Part shown: positions 13,010 through 25,519 of the stretch, piece after piece | Position numbering within the stretch: the first letter of the stretch is position 1 | Layout of the letters: the number at the start of each line of letters is the position of its first letter | Assembly: GCA_000388065.2 (NCBI GenBank) | Contig: KB932202.1 | Length of the DNA: 64,000 bases | Source of the DNA: Fonticula alba ATCC 38817 | Lineage: Eukaryota > Protista > Nucleariida | Strand: one strand, 5' to 3' | Notes under the pieces: generated by a model | The model's input: the letters and a program-made list of their open reading frames with translations, nothing else | The model's database searches: none | Told to the model about the DNA's origin: nothing | Made by a program: the position numbers and the translations under genes

Positions 13010-13065
13010 CCGCCAGCCGCCAGCCGCCAGCCGCCAGCCGCCAGCCGCCAGCCGCCAGCCGCCAG
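13010..13065. repeat. (CCGCCAG)8 heptamer tandem repeat in a divergent intergenic region
   Basis: Eight perfect 7-nt units between the 12447 (-) start and the VPS18 (+) start. Confidence 0.9.
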
Positions 13066-13550
13066 CCCCGACAAGGGCCGGGAAGCCAGGCCCGGGGTAC
13101 GTGTGTCTGTGTCATCGCCGCGCCTAGCACACACGGACGGCGCATCCCGGCCGGGCAGGGCGCCCCGCCAGCACACACATTTTCGTGCACTTCGGCCCCC
13201 GGGAGGGGGGCGGTTCTCGCCCGGCCTCCAGAGCGACCTCATCGGAATCCCCCCCNNNNNNNNNNNNNNNNNNNNNNNNNNNNNNNNNNNNNNNNNNNNN
13301 NNNNNNNNNNNNNNNNNNNNNNNNNNNNNNNNNNNNCCCCCTATGCCGGGCACCTTGCCTCCGGGCATATGATCGGCCCGGCTGGCGCGGCCGCGCCCGT
13401 GCGTTCCCTCCTCCTCCCTCCCCCCCCCCCCCTCCTCCTCCCTTGCCATGTGGCCATCCTCGCGCACATGCCCATGCCGGCACCGCAGCAAACACGGCCC
13501 CGCCCCCACTCACATGCCCGCACACCCGCCCGCTTGCCCACGCCCCGGCG

Positions 13551-15043
13551 ATGTGCACACAGAGCGCCCCGGTGGCCCACGATGAGGGCCTCCCCGCGTT
13601 GTTCGAGCTGGAGTCCATCAGCATCGCCGGGCACGATGTGCAGCCGGTCCGCATTGCCACCGCCAACAGCATCATCGTCACCGCCACCACCAAGAACATC
13701 CTTCTCGTGCTGGACCTCAACAACCCGGACAACATTGTTCGTGCGTGCCGCGCCCCGCCTGGTCGCCCTCCCCCCGCCGGCGCACACCCACACATCCCCG
13801 CATTCCCGCCCCACTTGCACACACTTACACCCATCATCACTCCCATGCGCATACACACACGCACATGCAGAACACGACCTCCCCCAGCCGGCCAGCCAGC
13901 TGGTGGCCCTCTTCCTGGACCCGCAGGCCCAGCACCTGCTCATGTCCTTCCAGAATGCCAAGACCTTCTACCTGGCCATGGGCCAGAAGAAGGCCCGCCT
14001 GCTGGAGCGCCTCAATGGCCACATCATCACCGCGGTCGGGTGGAACCCCCGGCGCGATGCGCCCGGCGGCGGGGCCGGCGGCGCCGATGGCGACATCCTC
14101 CTCGGCACGGCCGAGGGCCTGCTCCTGGAGCTGGACATGCATGCCCCCTCGGAGGAGTCCATCCTCCGCCGGCGCTCGGTCAAGGCCATCTTCACCTGCC
14201 CCAAGGAGGACGTCAAGACCCCGGTGGTGGGGATCTTCTCGGAAATCCGCGGCAAGTACCTGCGCGTGATCGTGCTCACCACACACCACTTCCTGCAGTT
14301 CTCCGGCGCCCTGGCGGCCGAGCCGCGCACGGCCGGCGATGGTGCCGGGGCCTCCGGCGGCAGCGGGGCCGGCGCCGGCGGGGCCGGCGGGTCCGACCGT
14401 CTGGGCACCTCGCTGCCCGGGTCGACCCTCCTGCAAGATGGCGCCAGCCAGCTGGTGGGCAGTGTGGCCGCCGGCATGGCCTCGGCCACCGGGGCCGGCG
14501 GCGCCTCCGCCGGTCTCTTTAGCACCTTCTTCGCCGGGTACACCGGCAACTACCTGGACACGGCCCTCGTGTCGCCGCCCAATGTCCCCTACCAGCTGAA
14601 CAACCACGGTGTGGCCTTTTCCACGGTGGCCGCCACCTCTGACGGCCGCCAGGCCGAGTCCTTTGCCTGCCTGCTCGGCGCCAGCCTCTACCATGGTAGC
14701 CTGACGTCCACCGTCGGCGAGGGCATGCCCGTGGTCGGCACGGCCAAGTTCATGCCGCACCCGAAGCTGGCCGACGAGCCGGCCGACGCCGTTGTCCCCA
14801 ACTCCATCGTCCTCACCCGGCATCACATCCTGCTGCTGATGGGCGACCAGCTGGTGGCCTTTTCGCGCATCAGCTTCAAGGTTGTCTTCAAGCATGTACG
14901 TCCCCCGACCCGTCAGCCAGCAGGCTTCTGCCGCCGCCGCCGCCGCCGCCCCTCTTTGGCGTCGCCTTGCTTCCGGCGGGGGGCCCTCGCTCTCACACGC
15001 CCCTGCCCTTTGTTCCCTGTGCCCCTTCCCCCCCCCCCCCCCC

Positions 15044-15074
<31 letters not shown>

Positions 15075-18000
15075 CGCCCATTGGGCCTCCTGCTCACCCC
15101 GCCCGCATCTTTCCACCCCCCCCCCCACACCCCCCGGCTCCGTCCCTTCTTCCGGAAACACCCCGGCAGCGCTTCCGCGAGACGCCCATCCACATGACGG
15201 CCGATGCCTCCAGCGACACCATCTGGCTGGCCACCAATAGCACCATCTACGAGGTGGTCACCGAAAATGAGGACAAGAACCTGTGGGAGGACTACCTCTT
15301 CGACGAGCAGCTGGCCAAGGCCCTGCACCATTGCCACACGCCGAAGCAGTTCCAGCGGGTCTTCCGGTCCATCGGCTCCGCCGCCTGGGCGGACAACAGC
15401 TATGCCATCGCCGCCGCCGCATGGGCCCGGATTACCGGCAACAATTACAGCTTCGAGGACATCACCCTGCGCTTCTTGAATTTGGTGCGTCCCTCGGCCG
15501 ACATCCCGGGCGGCCGGTGTCCCGCTGTGCGGCTGCCACTGACAAGTCCCCCGGTGTCCTGATCCCCCCCCCCCTCCTTTCTCTCTCTGGCCCCTTCGGT
15601 GGATGGCATGCATATGCACACAACCACATACATATACACACATGTGCACATGCAAATATGCATGCACGCATGTACGCACGCACGCACGCACGCACGCACG
15701 CACGGACAGGCCTCGCGCCCCTCGCCCGAGCAATCCTCCGCCGGGCGCTTCGCCCTGCTGGTGTATCTCCTGTCGCGGTACCAATTCTACGAGAAGACCG
15801 ACGTCACGCAGCTCAACCTCCTGGCCACCTGGATCACGGAGATGTTCCTCAGTGAAATGTCCCGCGAGGCCGTCCTCCAGGCGGCTGCCCAACAGGTGAC
15901 CGGCTCCGGGGCCGCCACCGCCGAGGGCGCCGCATCGACCAGCAGCACCGGCCGTGAGGCGGCTCTGCGGGCCCAATTTGCGCGGTTCCTGAAAACCGGT
16001 GTGGCCGCCGTCCCGGCCCCCTCCGGGCTCCTGCACCAGGACTCCAACCAGGAGGACCATTACGCCGACCTGAACTTCCTGCTCCCCGGGCACCACTCAC
16101 CGTCGGCCTCCTCCCCGAACCTCAAGCAGCCCAGCCAGAACCCCGGCAAGGACCACCTGGATCGTGCCACGGCCTATCGGCTGATGGCCTCCTATGGTCG
16201 GACGCGCGAGATGCTGGACTACGCCACCATGGTCGGGGACTTCGAGCGAGTCATCAGCCACCACCTGCAGGTGGGCAACTACGCCGACGCCCTGGCCATC
16301 GTCATGAAATACGTACGTCAGCGTGTGCCCCTCTTTTTCTTTTTTTTTTGCATTCCCCTCCGGCCGAGCCACCCTTGCCTGGGGGATGTGCCCTCCTGCC
16401 TGTCCTGTTGACGCCGCCCTCTCCCTCCCCCGCGTCCATGCGCACACACACACACACACACACCAACACACCAACACCAACACACCAACACACCAACACA
16501 CACACACACTAACACACTAACACCGACACAGCCCTCGGATGATATCTTCTACAAGTTCGCCCCCACGCTCATGGAGCACCTCCCCCGGGAGTTCATCGAG
16601 TTCCTCGAGCGCATTCGCGACCTGGACCCCAAGAGCCTCCTGCCGGCCCTGATGAAGTACACCGCCCGGCGGACGGCCGAGATCCAGGCCAATCCCCAGC
16701 TGGCCAAAACCCTGCCCAACTACGCCATCAACTTCCTGTACTTCTGCATCGAGCACCGGAAGAACCGCGACGCGGCCGTGCACAACTACCTGCTGTCGCT
16801 GCTGGCCCAGCAGCCGGACGAAACCCAGCTCCTGGACTTCATTCGCGCCCACATCAACCTGGACCCGGCCTTCAACCTGCAGTATGCCCTGCGCATTTGC
16901 ACGCAACATGGCCACGCCCGGTCGGCGGTGCACATCTATGCCGCCATGGGCCTCTACGAGGAGGCGGTCTTCACCGCCCTCACCAAGGCCAAGGACATCG
17001 AGCTGGCCCAGTCCTTCCCGGAGAACCTCAAGGATGGGGACCTGGTGCTGGACAGTGCCACGCGCCTGGGCGGCAACAGTGGCCGGGATCCGGGCTCCGC
17101 GCGCGGGTCCTCCTCGGCCGTCGTGGCCGCCGCCATCCCCGAGGATCTGGAAGGCCTGCGCAAGAAGCTCTGGCTGCAAATCGCCAAGCATGTGGTCGAG
17201 GAAAACAACGACATCGAGAAGTGCGTCCACGGTCTCCCCCTCCTCCTGACCGGGACATTCCCGGCCGTGGCCGGGGGGGGGGGNNNNNNNNNNNNNNNNN
17301 NNNNNNNNNNNNNNNNNNNNNNNNNNNNNNNNNNNNNNNGGGGGGGGCGCGCGGAACACCCTGGCAAGCCCACTTCCCTTCTTGCTCCCCCTGCCTCGGT
17401 TATGGCTGTCGACGGCCATGTGAGCCCCTTGTGACTGACGACCGCGCCCTTGTTTCTTTTTTCCTTTCCATGACTCTCCCCCCCTCCCCTCCCCCTCTCC
17501 GTGCTCGACCGGCATAGGGCCATGGAGTTCGTCGAAAAGTGCCCAAGCCTCCGGATTGAGGATGTGCTGCCCTTCTTCGGGGACTTCGCCAACATCGATC
17601 ACTTCCAAGACCAAATCTGTCAAGCCCTGCGCAAGTACAGCAAGGAGACCGAGTCCTTCCGCGAGCGCATGGACTCCACGTCCCACAGTGCCGAGCTCCT
17701 GCGTGAGGACATCCGCGCCCTGCGCGCCCGGGCCGCCTCGGCCCCGGTCACCTCCAGCTGTGGGCTTTGTAACCGTGGTCTTCTCAGCCGGACGGCCATC
17801 GTTTTCGCCTGCTCGCATGCCTTCCATCTGGACTGCGTCATCAACCAGGTGCGTTCTTTGCGCCCCCTCGGCTCGGCCAGTGCCTTTTTTCTTCTTTTTT
17901 TTTTTTTTTGCTTCGCTCCCCCCTGCCCAGCCAAAGGACTCGGTGCAGATGTGCTGACCGCTGCCATGTTTGCCATAACCCATGCCCGGTCCACTGCGGT

Positions 18001-18446
18001 GCTCCGCCCTCCAGCGCAAGCGCTTCGCTCCGCTGCACGAGCGCGCCAAGATCCAGGAGCTTCAGAAGCGCATCTCTCAGAACACCGCCACCGGCCGGCA
18101 GGACACCCTCCTCAGCTCGCCCCTTGTGCAAATGAGCAAGGTACGCCGTCCGGCGATGGGGGAGGGGGGCGGGGAGGGGGGGGCCTTCGACACCTGGGCC
18201 CCGATGCGCACCACCCCCCCCCCCCCCCCCCCCCCTGTTGTCGCTTCGCACCTTCCCCACACCATGCTAACTCACCAACCCGGCGCATACGCACACACGC
18301 ACACGCACACACAGAGCGAACTCGAGGAGATCGCCTCGTCCGAGTGCGTCCTCTGCGGCGAGATCGCCATCGCCGCCGCTCTGGACAACCCCTTCATTCT
18401 GGACACCGACGAGGACCGCATGATCGCCAACTCGTGGAAGTTGTGA
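13551..18446 (+). CDS. VPS18: Vacuolar protein sorting 18 (HOPS/CORVET subunit, Pep3), multi-exon
   Basis: N-terminal beta-propeller motifs LFLDPQAQHLL and LNGHIITAVGWN. CHCR-like helical region (AVHNYLLSLLA, LQYALRICTQH, AVHIYAAMGLYEEAV, RKKLWLQIAKHVV, AMEFVEKCPSLRIEDVLPFFGDF). C-terminal RING CGLC...FACSHAFHLDC...ELEEIASSECVLCGE. Stop at 18444-18446. Start codon is the best guess. Confidence 0.93.
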
Positions 18447-19568
18447 AACAGCGGGCGTGATGCGGCCCCGTGGGTCCTCTGCGGAATGACATTCCCCGGA
18501 ATGTGCATAGATGAATACACATATCTTTGACATTCTGATCCGCAACCCTCGCTCGGGCGCCGAATTTTCTGGCCCGTGTCCGCGTCCGGTCCGCGCCCCG
18601 ACCAGGCGAGGGGGATTGAGGGCTCTACCGGCTGCAGGGCGCTCCCTCCCCTGTCCCCTGCGCACGGGAAGATGGGGCCGACACGAGAGGGCACGTCTGG
18701 CAGGGGGGGGGGGGGAGGCAAACGAGAGGCCGAGAGCCCCTACCACCGGGCGGCTCCCGAGACTGGCCGCGGAATCGAAAAGACCCATGGGCCGCCGGGG
18801 CGTACCCGGCCACCAGTGGCTGCGCGGCCAGCTACATGGCTGTCTTTTGGTGCGAGAGCCAGGCGGGTGCGCTTGGGCGCATCCCGCACGTGCACCCTCC
18901 GGTGGCACCCTGAGAGCACGCCCCCGGGTGCCGCCGCCGCGGCCAAAAAAAAAAGTGGCCGCTCGTCCCCCCACTGCTGGCATGTTTGTCCAGGGGTGTG
19001 CAGGGGCAGGGCCCCCGCGCCGCGCCCCCTCTGCCCCGAGGGGGGGGGGGGGACGGGGCGGGACGCGGTCGCGCGCCCAAAATGGCCGGCCATCTCCCAA
19101 TTGATGTCGGGGCCGCTACACCTTGCCGGGCCGGCGCCGGGGGTCCGACCCCGGCGTCCAATTCAGGGTGGGCAGCGCCAGCCCCCCTCCCCCCCCCCTC
19201 ACGGGCAGCCGCGGTGGCAGGGCGGGAAACAGAGCGGCAGCCCAGACAACGCCACAGCCGGGGAAAGAAGTCCAGGGACCCGCGCGCCAGAGGGGGGGGA
19301 CGCACATCATGACGGAGACACACCCCGGCGGCCACCAGCCCTGTCCCCCGCAGACCGGCCCCGCCTTCTCCCCCCGCCCAGCCGCCCCGGCGCCAAGGAA
19401 CTGCCGCGCGCGTGCACGGGGAGCCGGCCACATAAATGGCCCCCCCCCGGGCCGCGGCCTGCCCCAGGGATCAGACACCTCTTTTTTTTTGAGTGCGGAA
19501 TTCCTCTGCCCTCTGCCCTCGCGCCCCCTTTTCACCTCTCCCCCCCCCCTCCGCATACCACCGACAAC

Positions 19569-20246
19569 ATGAGCTGGGACAACACCCGCGCCGTGGCCGA
19601 TGCCGTCCACCAGCACCTGAGCCCCACCAACCCGGCCGGCTCCTTCCTCATCACCGGCTACAAGGACGACAACACCCTGACCGTCCTGGAGTCTGGCACC
19701 GGTGCGCGCACCCCCAGCTGCACCGCCACCCACCCACACACACACGCACACGCACACGCACGCACGCACGCGCGCACCTCCCGTCGCTGACCCCCCCGAG
19801 CACCCTGCCGTGTCCCTCCCATGCGCATGACCCCAGGCGGCGTCGAGGTCCTCAAGGAGCGCCTCGCCGAGGACAAGGTCCTGTACATCCTCCTCCGCAT
19901 CACCGACATCAAGGACGGCAACGCCCTCTACCGCGACGTCCTCCTCAGCTGGTGGGGCCCGAAGGTCAGCAAGATCAAGGCCGCCCGCATGCGCACCCAC
20001 CACTCCCTGGTATGTGTCCCCCCCCCCTCCCCCCTCCCCTGACACACATGCACACGCACGCACACACACACCTCCATATGCCCCCTTCCTGGTCGCTGAC
20101 GCACCGCTTCTCCTCCCCCCATGCAGGTCTTCGACACCCTCCGCCCCAACCACAGCCAGCTCGAGGTCCTCGGCAAGCGCGAGTTCACTGAGCAGATCAT
20201 CCGCGACCGCTCCAGCCCCGGGTCCGGCTCTCACGTCATTGAGTAA
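19569..20246 (+). CDS. Single ADF-H domain actin-binding protein (coactosin-like), 3 exons (19569-19701, 19837-20009, 20127-20246)
   Basis: Spliced product MSWDNTRAVADAVHQHLSPTNPAGSFLITGYKDDNTLTVLESGTGGVEVLKERLAEDKVLYILLRITD...DVLLSWWGPKVSKIKAAR...VFDTLRPNH...FTEQIIRDR... Intron phases are consistent, and the GxGG, L.E.KV.Y.LLR and W.GP.V motifs fit ADF-H/coactosin. Confidence 0.8.
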
Positions 20247-20528
20247 ATCCCCCACAAGCTGCCCGCCCTCGCCGCCGCGCGCGCCCTTCCCGTGTGGTGG
20301 CCTGTGTACACACATGCCCCCTCCACACACACACACACACACGCGCGCGCATGTGCGCGCGCTGTGTGACAGAAAATACACCCAATGTCAACTCACTTTC
20401 CCACTGCTACCCTGCCACCCCTCCGCGCGCCTCCTTTTTTTTTTCCGGGCGGGGCAACAAGAAGAAGCACGAAGAGATCTTCATTGGAGGGGGGGGGGGA
20501 GGGGGGCTTTCGCCGACCGCGCCCGGGC

Positions 20529-23457
20529 TCAACTATCGACCTCCTCCGGGCTGGCCGTGCTACGGCCACCCCGGCCGTCGGGATGCCGCAACATCCGGGC
20601 AATCGACTGACCAAGCATGTCCACCAGGGCCTGCTGACTTTGGAGCCCGGCCACCAGGAGACGGAGCTCGCGCGCCAGCCGGCCCGCCGGCGTGACCGGC
20701 CCGGCGCTCTCCACATCTCCGGCGCCTGAGGGCTCGCCGGCCACCACGACCGGGCGGTGCGTGCCGGCGGGGCCCGGCCGATGCCGCTGCTGCAACAGGG
20801 GCGACACCACCCCGAGCAGACGCTCGGCCTCGCTGCCCCCGTCCCCGTCCCCGCCGCCGAGGGTCGACTGGCTGGCGTCGTCACCAGCCAGGTCGGCCGT
20901 GGCGGTCCCCAGCCCGCCGGCCACCACCCAAGCGGTCGTCAGCCGCAGGCGCATGCAGGCCTGGGTCACCGCGCGCCGGGCATCCGGCTTGGGCCCAGAT
21001 TGCGAGGCCGTCCGCTGCCGCCGCCGCAGCCCCGGGGAGGCCACGGTCGAGCCGCGCCGGCCTGCATGGGGGCACGCATCGGCCGCCCGGCCGCAACCAA
21101 GCGCCCAGCCCTGCACGTGCAGCAGCGCCGACACCACGGCCTCCTGGCCGCCATTGGAGACGGGTCCCGATGGGAGGTGCGGCGCCCCCTGGCCCCCGAG
21201 GATGGTCGCCACATCGTCCACCGCCGCGCTGGTGAAGGCGTCCGACACAAAGAGCCCCCGGTCCTGGTGGCGGGGCGCCGGTCGTGCGGCAAATGCCGCG
21301 GCAGAGGGGCGGTGCATATATGTCAGCCAGGGTGCGAGAAAGGCGGGGCCCGGAGCGGCGCGGGGGAGGGCGAGACAAAGGCGGCAGAGCAGGCTGCTGC
21401 AAGCGCACCAGTCGAACGTGCAGCGCAAAAGCCGACACGCAGTACCAGAGAACCTGCTGCAGGGCGACAACCGGCGCGGGCTGCCCATCGGCATTCTCGG
21501 CCGCAAGCACAACGACCGGCGATGGCGGCTCGGCATCGGCCGAGGGGGCGGGCTGCGCGGCCAGGGTGGCCGCCGCCGCCGCCGCCTTCTCGATGTTCAG
21601 CAGCTCCCGGCGTCCATCGACCACAGCCGCGCCATACAGCCGGGAAACGGCCAGGAAGTCCCGGAAGAGCAGGCCCTCACACGGGCCGCCGGCCGCCGGC
21701 GGGATGGCGTCCTCCTCGATGACATGCGGCCGGCAGGATAGGCAGCTCGGGCTGCAGGCCGACGCATCGCCGGCTCCACTGAAACCATGCAGCCGGACAA
21801 CATAACTGTATGCCAGGCTGACGGCGGGGGGCGAGAGGGGGGCGAGAGGGGGGCGAGAGGGGGGCGAGAGGGGGGCGAGAGAGGGGCGTCAGCGGTGGCA
21901 CGAGGTGTGAGAGGGACGGAAGGCCCAGGCCCAGGGGGGGCCGTGGCTCTCGGTCTCGAGGAAGAGGAAATGTGCGCACAGGAAGTCCAGCAGCTGGACC
22001 AGGATGACCAGGTGGTTGATGCTCGGCGGCAGGCGAGTTGAAAGGGCCTGCTGGAAGAGGGCACACCCGGAGCGTGCCCCATGTGCTGCGCATGGCGGGG
22101 AAGGAAGGCTGTCAGTCTCACCGCCGGGCGGGGGGGGGGAGGCTGGGAAGGGGCACGACTGGCACAACTGGCACAGGGCGCGCACGCACCGACATCCTCC
22201 GGGTGAAGGAGGACCGAGGGAACGCCATCCGGCCGGGGGGCCGCCCGTCGCCGGGTCGCCCACCATGGGGCCCAGCGCCGGGCCTGGTCCATTTCGCGCG
22301 CCCGAAGCTCGGCCACGGACGTGATGTCCAGGGCGGCGGGGTCGCCATCGGCGGCTGCTGCCCGCTGGCCGGGCCCAGCCGCCGCCGGGGGGGAGATCAT
22401 CTGCTCGAAGAGCGCCACGCCAATGGCCTCGGGCGTGTCGTCCGGCCGCGCGGTCCCGGCCGCGCGGATGGCCTCAATGCCCGCCGTCAGGTGCTCGCGC
22501 AGGGTGCGTGCCTCCTCGGTGGCCTGCTCCGGATCGCCAAGGAGGATGGCTCGCACAAGCTCCAGACGGTCCTCCGCACTGATGGACGCCCAGAGGGCCG
22601 GGGCCGGGGCATTTTCCGGGTCGGCCAATGCCTCGAGGCCGCGCTCGTCCGCCGGCGCCTCCTCCCCATCGGTCAGCTCGCCGGCTGCGGCGTCCGTCGC
22701 ATCATCTACCACAGCCCCAGGCCGGGGCGGGGGGGGGGGGGGGGGGGAGAAAGAGCAGGTGCGAGATGGGCATGTCAGCGGCAGGCGGGCCTCCCTCCAG
22801 TCTCCGAGAGGCAGCACAGGGTGCCAACATACCGAAAGCTCGATCCGGCCGGATTGCCGCCGCACCGGGCCGCTCCTCGTGCCAGGCCCGGGTCAGGGCC
22901 CGGACCACCGCCCGGCCGTCCTCCCGGTCGGCCCGCTTGCCACGCAGCTCGCCAACCACCTGGTCGCGGGAGAAGTCCTCCCGGCAGCGGACGTGCAGCG
23001 GCGAGTCGGCGAAGCACCGGACCGAGCAGTAGGGCACCTGGCAGCGGTTGCACCGGTACGGCGCGGCCACCGGCGCCGTGCGGAAATCAAAGTCCGACCC
23101 CGCCGGTGGAGGGGCCTCCTGGTGGCGCAGGAAACACAGCTGGCAGTCCTGCAAGCGGGCCTCGCGCAGCTGTGCCGTCTCGCGCGCGACCGGGCGAACG
23201 GTGGTCAGCCGTCGGCTGATGGGAGCCGAGGCCGGGACGGGGCCCGGGTCGCTGGGCTCCTCGTCGGCAGCCGACGATTGGAGGATCGTCACTCGGCCGA
23301 CCTGAGCCGGGGCGTCTGGCGCGCCAGCCGGCGGCACGGCCCCCTCCGGCAGCGAGAACACCGACCGCCGGAGGAACCGCCGCGACGAAAGCATCGAGCT
23401 CAGGGACACATCATCCAGCGGACTGGCCGAGGCCGGCGCGCCTGGGGGAGGGTCCAT
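20529..23457 (-). CDS. ZNHIT2: HIT-type zinc finger protein, ZNHIT2-like, multi-exon
   Basis: CQLC...YRCNRCQVPYCSVRCF...HVRCREDFSRDQVVGELRG closely parallels the ZNHIT2 motif YTCPRCNAPYCSLRCY..HGTCAENFYRDQVLGELRG. ATG at 23457. The 3' end (stop 20529) was inferred by exon chaining. Confidence 0.78.
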
Positions 23458-25519
23458 TGCCGGGCCGATGGTCTGCACAAAACTGGTGCCGAGGCAAGCG
23501 GGGAGGGAGGGGGGGGGGGGGATGAGGAGCAAGGGGAGGGGCGAATGGAGGGCAGATCCGTCCCACGCAAGGGTACAGAGTCAAGTGGAGGAGGAGGAGG
23601 AGAGGAGGGGGGATTTCTCCGCCAGATCGCCCCTCTCCGGGACGAGTCAGCCCGAAAAAGCCCCTCCCCCTGCCGCCGGATGCCGCACCGCGGAGGCGGA
23701 AGACGAGTTGGGCGCGATCCCCCCACCACCACCACCACCACCACCGCACATGGCGTGCCCCCACGGCGACATCGGCGAAGACCCGGGAGGGGGGGGGGGG
23801 GCAGTCAGGCAGGTACGGGGGGAGGCGGGCGGACGGGCCTCCCCCACACCGACCTCGGGGGTCGATCGGGCGGGAGGCGCCGCCTTTGAACACGTGTACG
23901 TCATGAAGAAGGAGGGCGTGATCCGGGCGAGCATGGCCGGCCTGGGCCACCGCGTTGCCCGTCCTCCCCCCGAGACCCGTCCCCAGCTGGAGGGAGGGGG
24001 AAGCAGCGACACGCGCGGCGCAGGCGACGGCGTCCCCCCCCCCCCCTCGCCCCCGGTGGCAGCGGCGGCGGTGGCGACTGCGGGGACAACACATCTGCGC
24101 CCGTGTATTGAATAGGAAGCGGCAGGGACACATATGCGGGTGTCCGGGCGCGGTCCCGGGCCGTGTTCTTCTTCTGGCCAAAGTGTGAGGCCCCCCTCGC
24201 TGTGGATGCGCCCCCGCATACCAGAGGCTGCCCCCCTCGCCCCCTGGGAAATCGTGCGGCCAGCCATGTTGCACCGGCGCGGCTCCACAGGCTCCCCCTG
24301 CTCGAGGGGGCACGAGGGCGTGCGGCCGCGCCTCGCGGCCCCCCCGGCGCCCGTGCACATCACACGTCGAGATACGGAGAACCAAGGGGGGAGGGGGGAG
24401 AAAACAGCGGTACACAAAGAGAGGTGAAGAGAGAAAGATGGAGGGAAAAACACACGGAGAACACGCCTGATGATATAAGGGGGGGTGGATATTGGACAAG
24501 GTAACAAGTGGGGGGAGGGAGGAGAAGGAAGGAGGGAGGGGGTTGCGGGGAGGAGGAGGAGAGAGAGAGAGGGAGAAGGAGACAACGGGGAAGCAACGCC
24601 CGGCCCCCAGCCTGGGAGGAGGGAACCCCCGGGGAGAGGGAGGAACAAGATGCCACCCCGATGACGTATGGGGCACCGGGGGCGCGCGCAGAGCAACACG
24701 GAGGACGACCCCCCTCCTCCGGATCCCGCCCCGCTGTGCGCATGTGCGTGAGGGGGGAAGGCACACGCACACACATACACAGGTAATAGAGGGAGCAGGA
24801 GAGGGGGGGGGGGAAGGACTACGGCTCGCGCGTACGCACACGACAAGGGGGGAGAGAGGAAGGGCGAGAGGGAAGGGAAGACACGCGCGCAACGCAGGAA
24901 CAACAAGAGCGAGGGGGAGGGAGGGGGGGGGAGCGCGCGAATGCGCAAGCACACACGGAGAAGGTGAGGTGCGCACACACACACACACACGCACGTACAC
25001 CCCCGCCCTCCCCCTTGCTCTGCCCCTTTTCCCAGCCGACGCCGCCCCACAGACCCCCTTCTGTTCACCTTCTGTGCGGTGCCCCGTGCCCCCCCCATAA
25101 GGGGCGGGCCTTGCCTCCTGCCCCCCCCCCCCCGCCTCTTCTCGCGCAGGCCAATGCTCAGCCCGGGCCTCCTGCCGAAAGGCAAGGAGGGGCGCGCGGG
25201 CGAGAAGGGGGCATGCACACAGGGAGGGGGGAGGAGGAGCGAAGGCGTCTTCGGAGCAAGAAGGAGAGAAGAAGAGGAAGAAGGGCCTGGCGGCTGGCGG
25301 CGGCGGCGGCGAAGAAAGGAAGGGGAGGCATATGAGACCGCACACCACCACCACCACGCATGGGGACATGTGTGCACGACCTCCTCTGCTGCTCACGCAC
25401 GCACACACACACAAGGAGGGGAGGGAGCCAGGCTGCCGCTGCCGCTGCTGTTGCTGCTGCCGCTGCTACCTGGAGAGGCGCACCGTCGTGCAGAGCCCCC
25501 GCGCCCGACGGCCGCCGCC

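Noticed and set aside
13010-13065. Short tandem arrays as a possible CRISPR array or telomeric repeat
   Set aside because: There are no spacers and no cas genes, the genome is eukaryotic, and the units are not TTAGGG-like.
23411-25414. Long ORFs (667 aa, 576 aa) between ZNHIT2 and eIF4A
   Set aside because: They translate microsatellites and poly-C/G runs (CVCVCV, PPPP, SLSLSL) with no domain motifs. Treated as intergenic or UTR.
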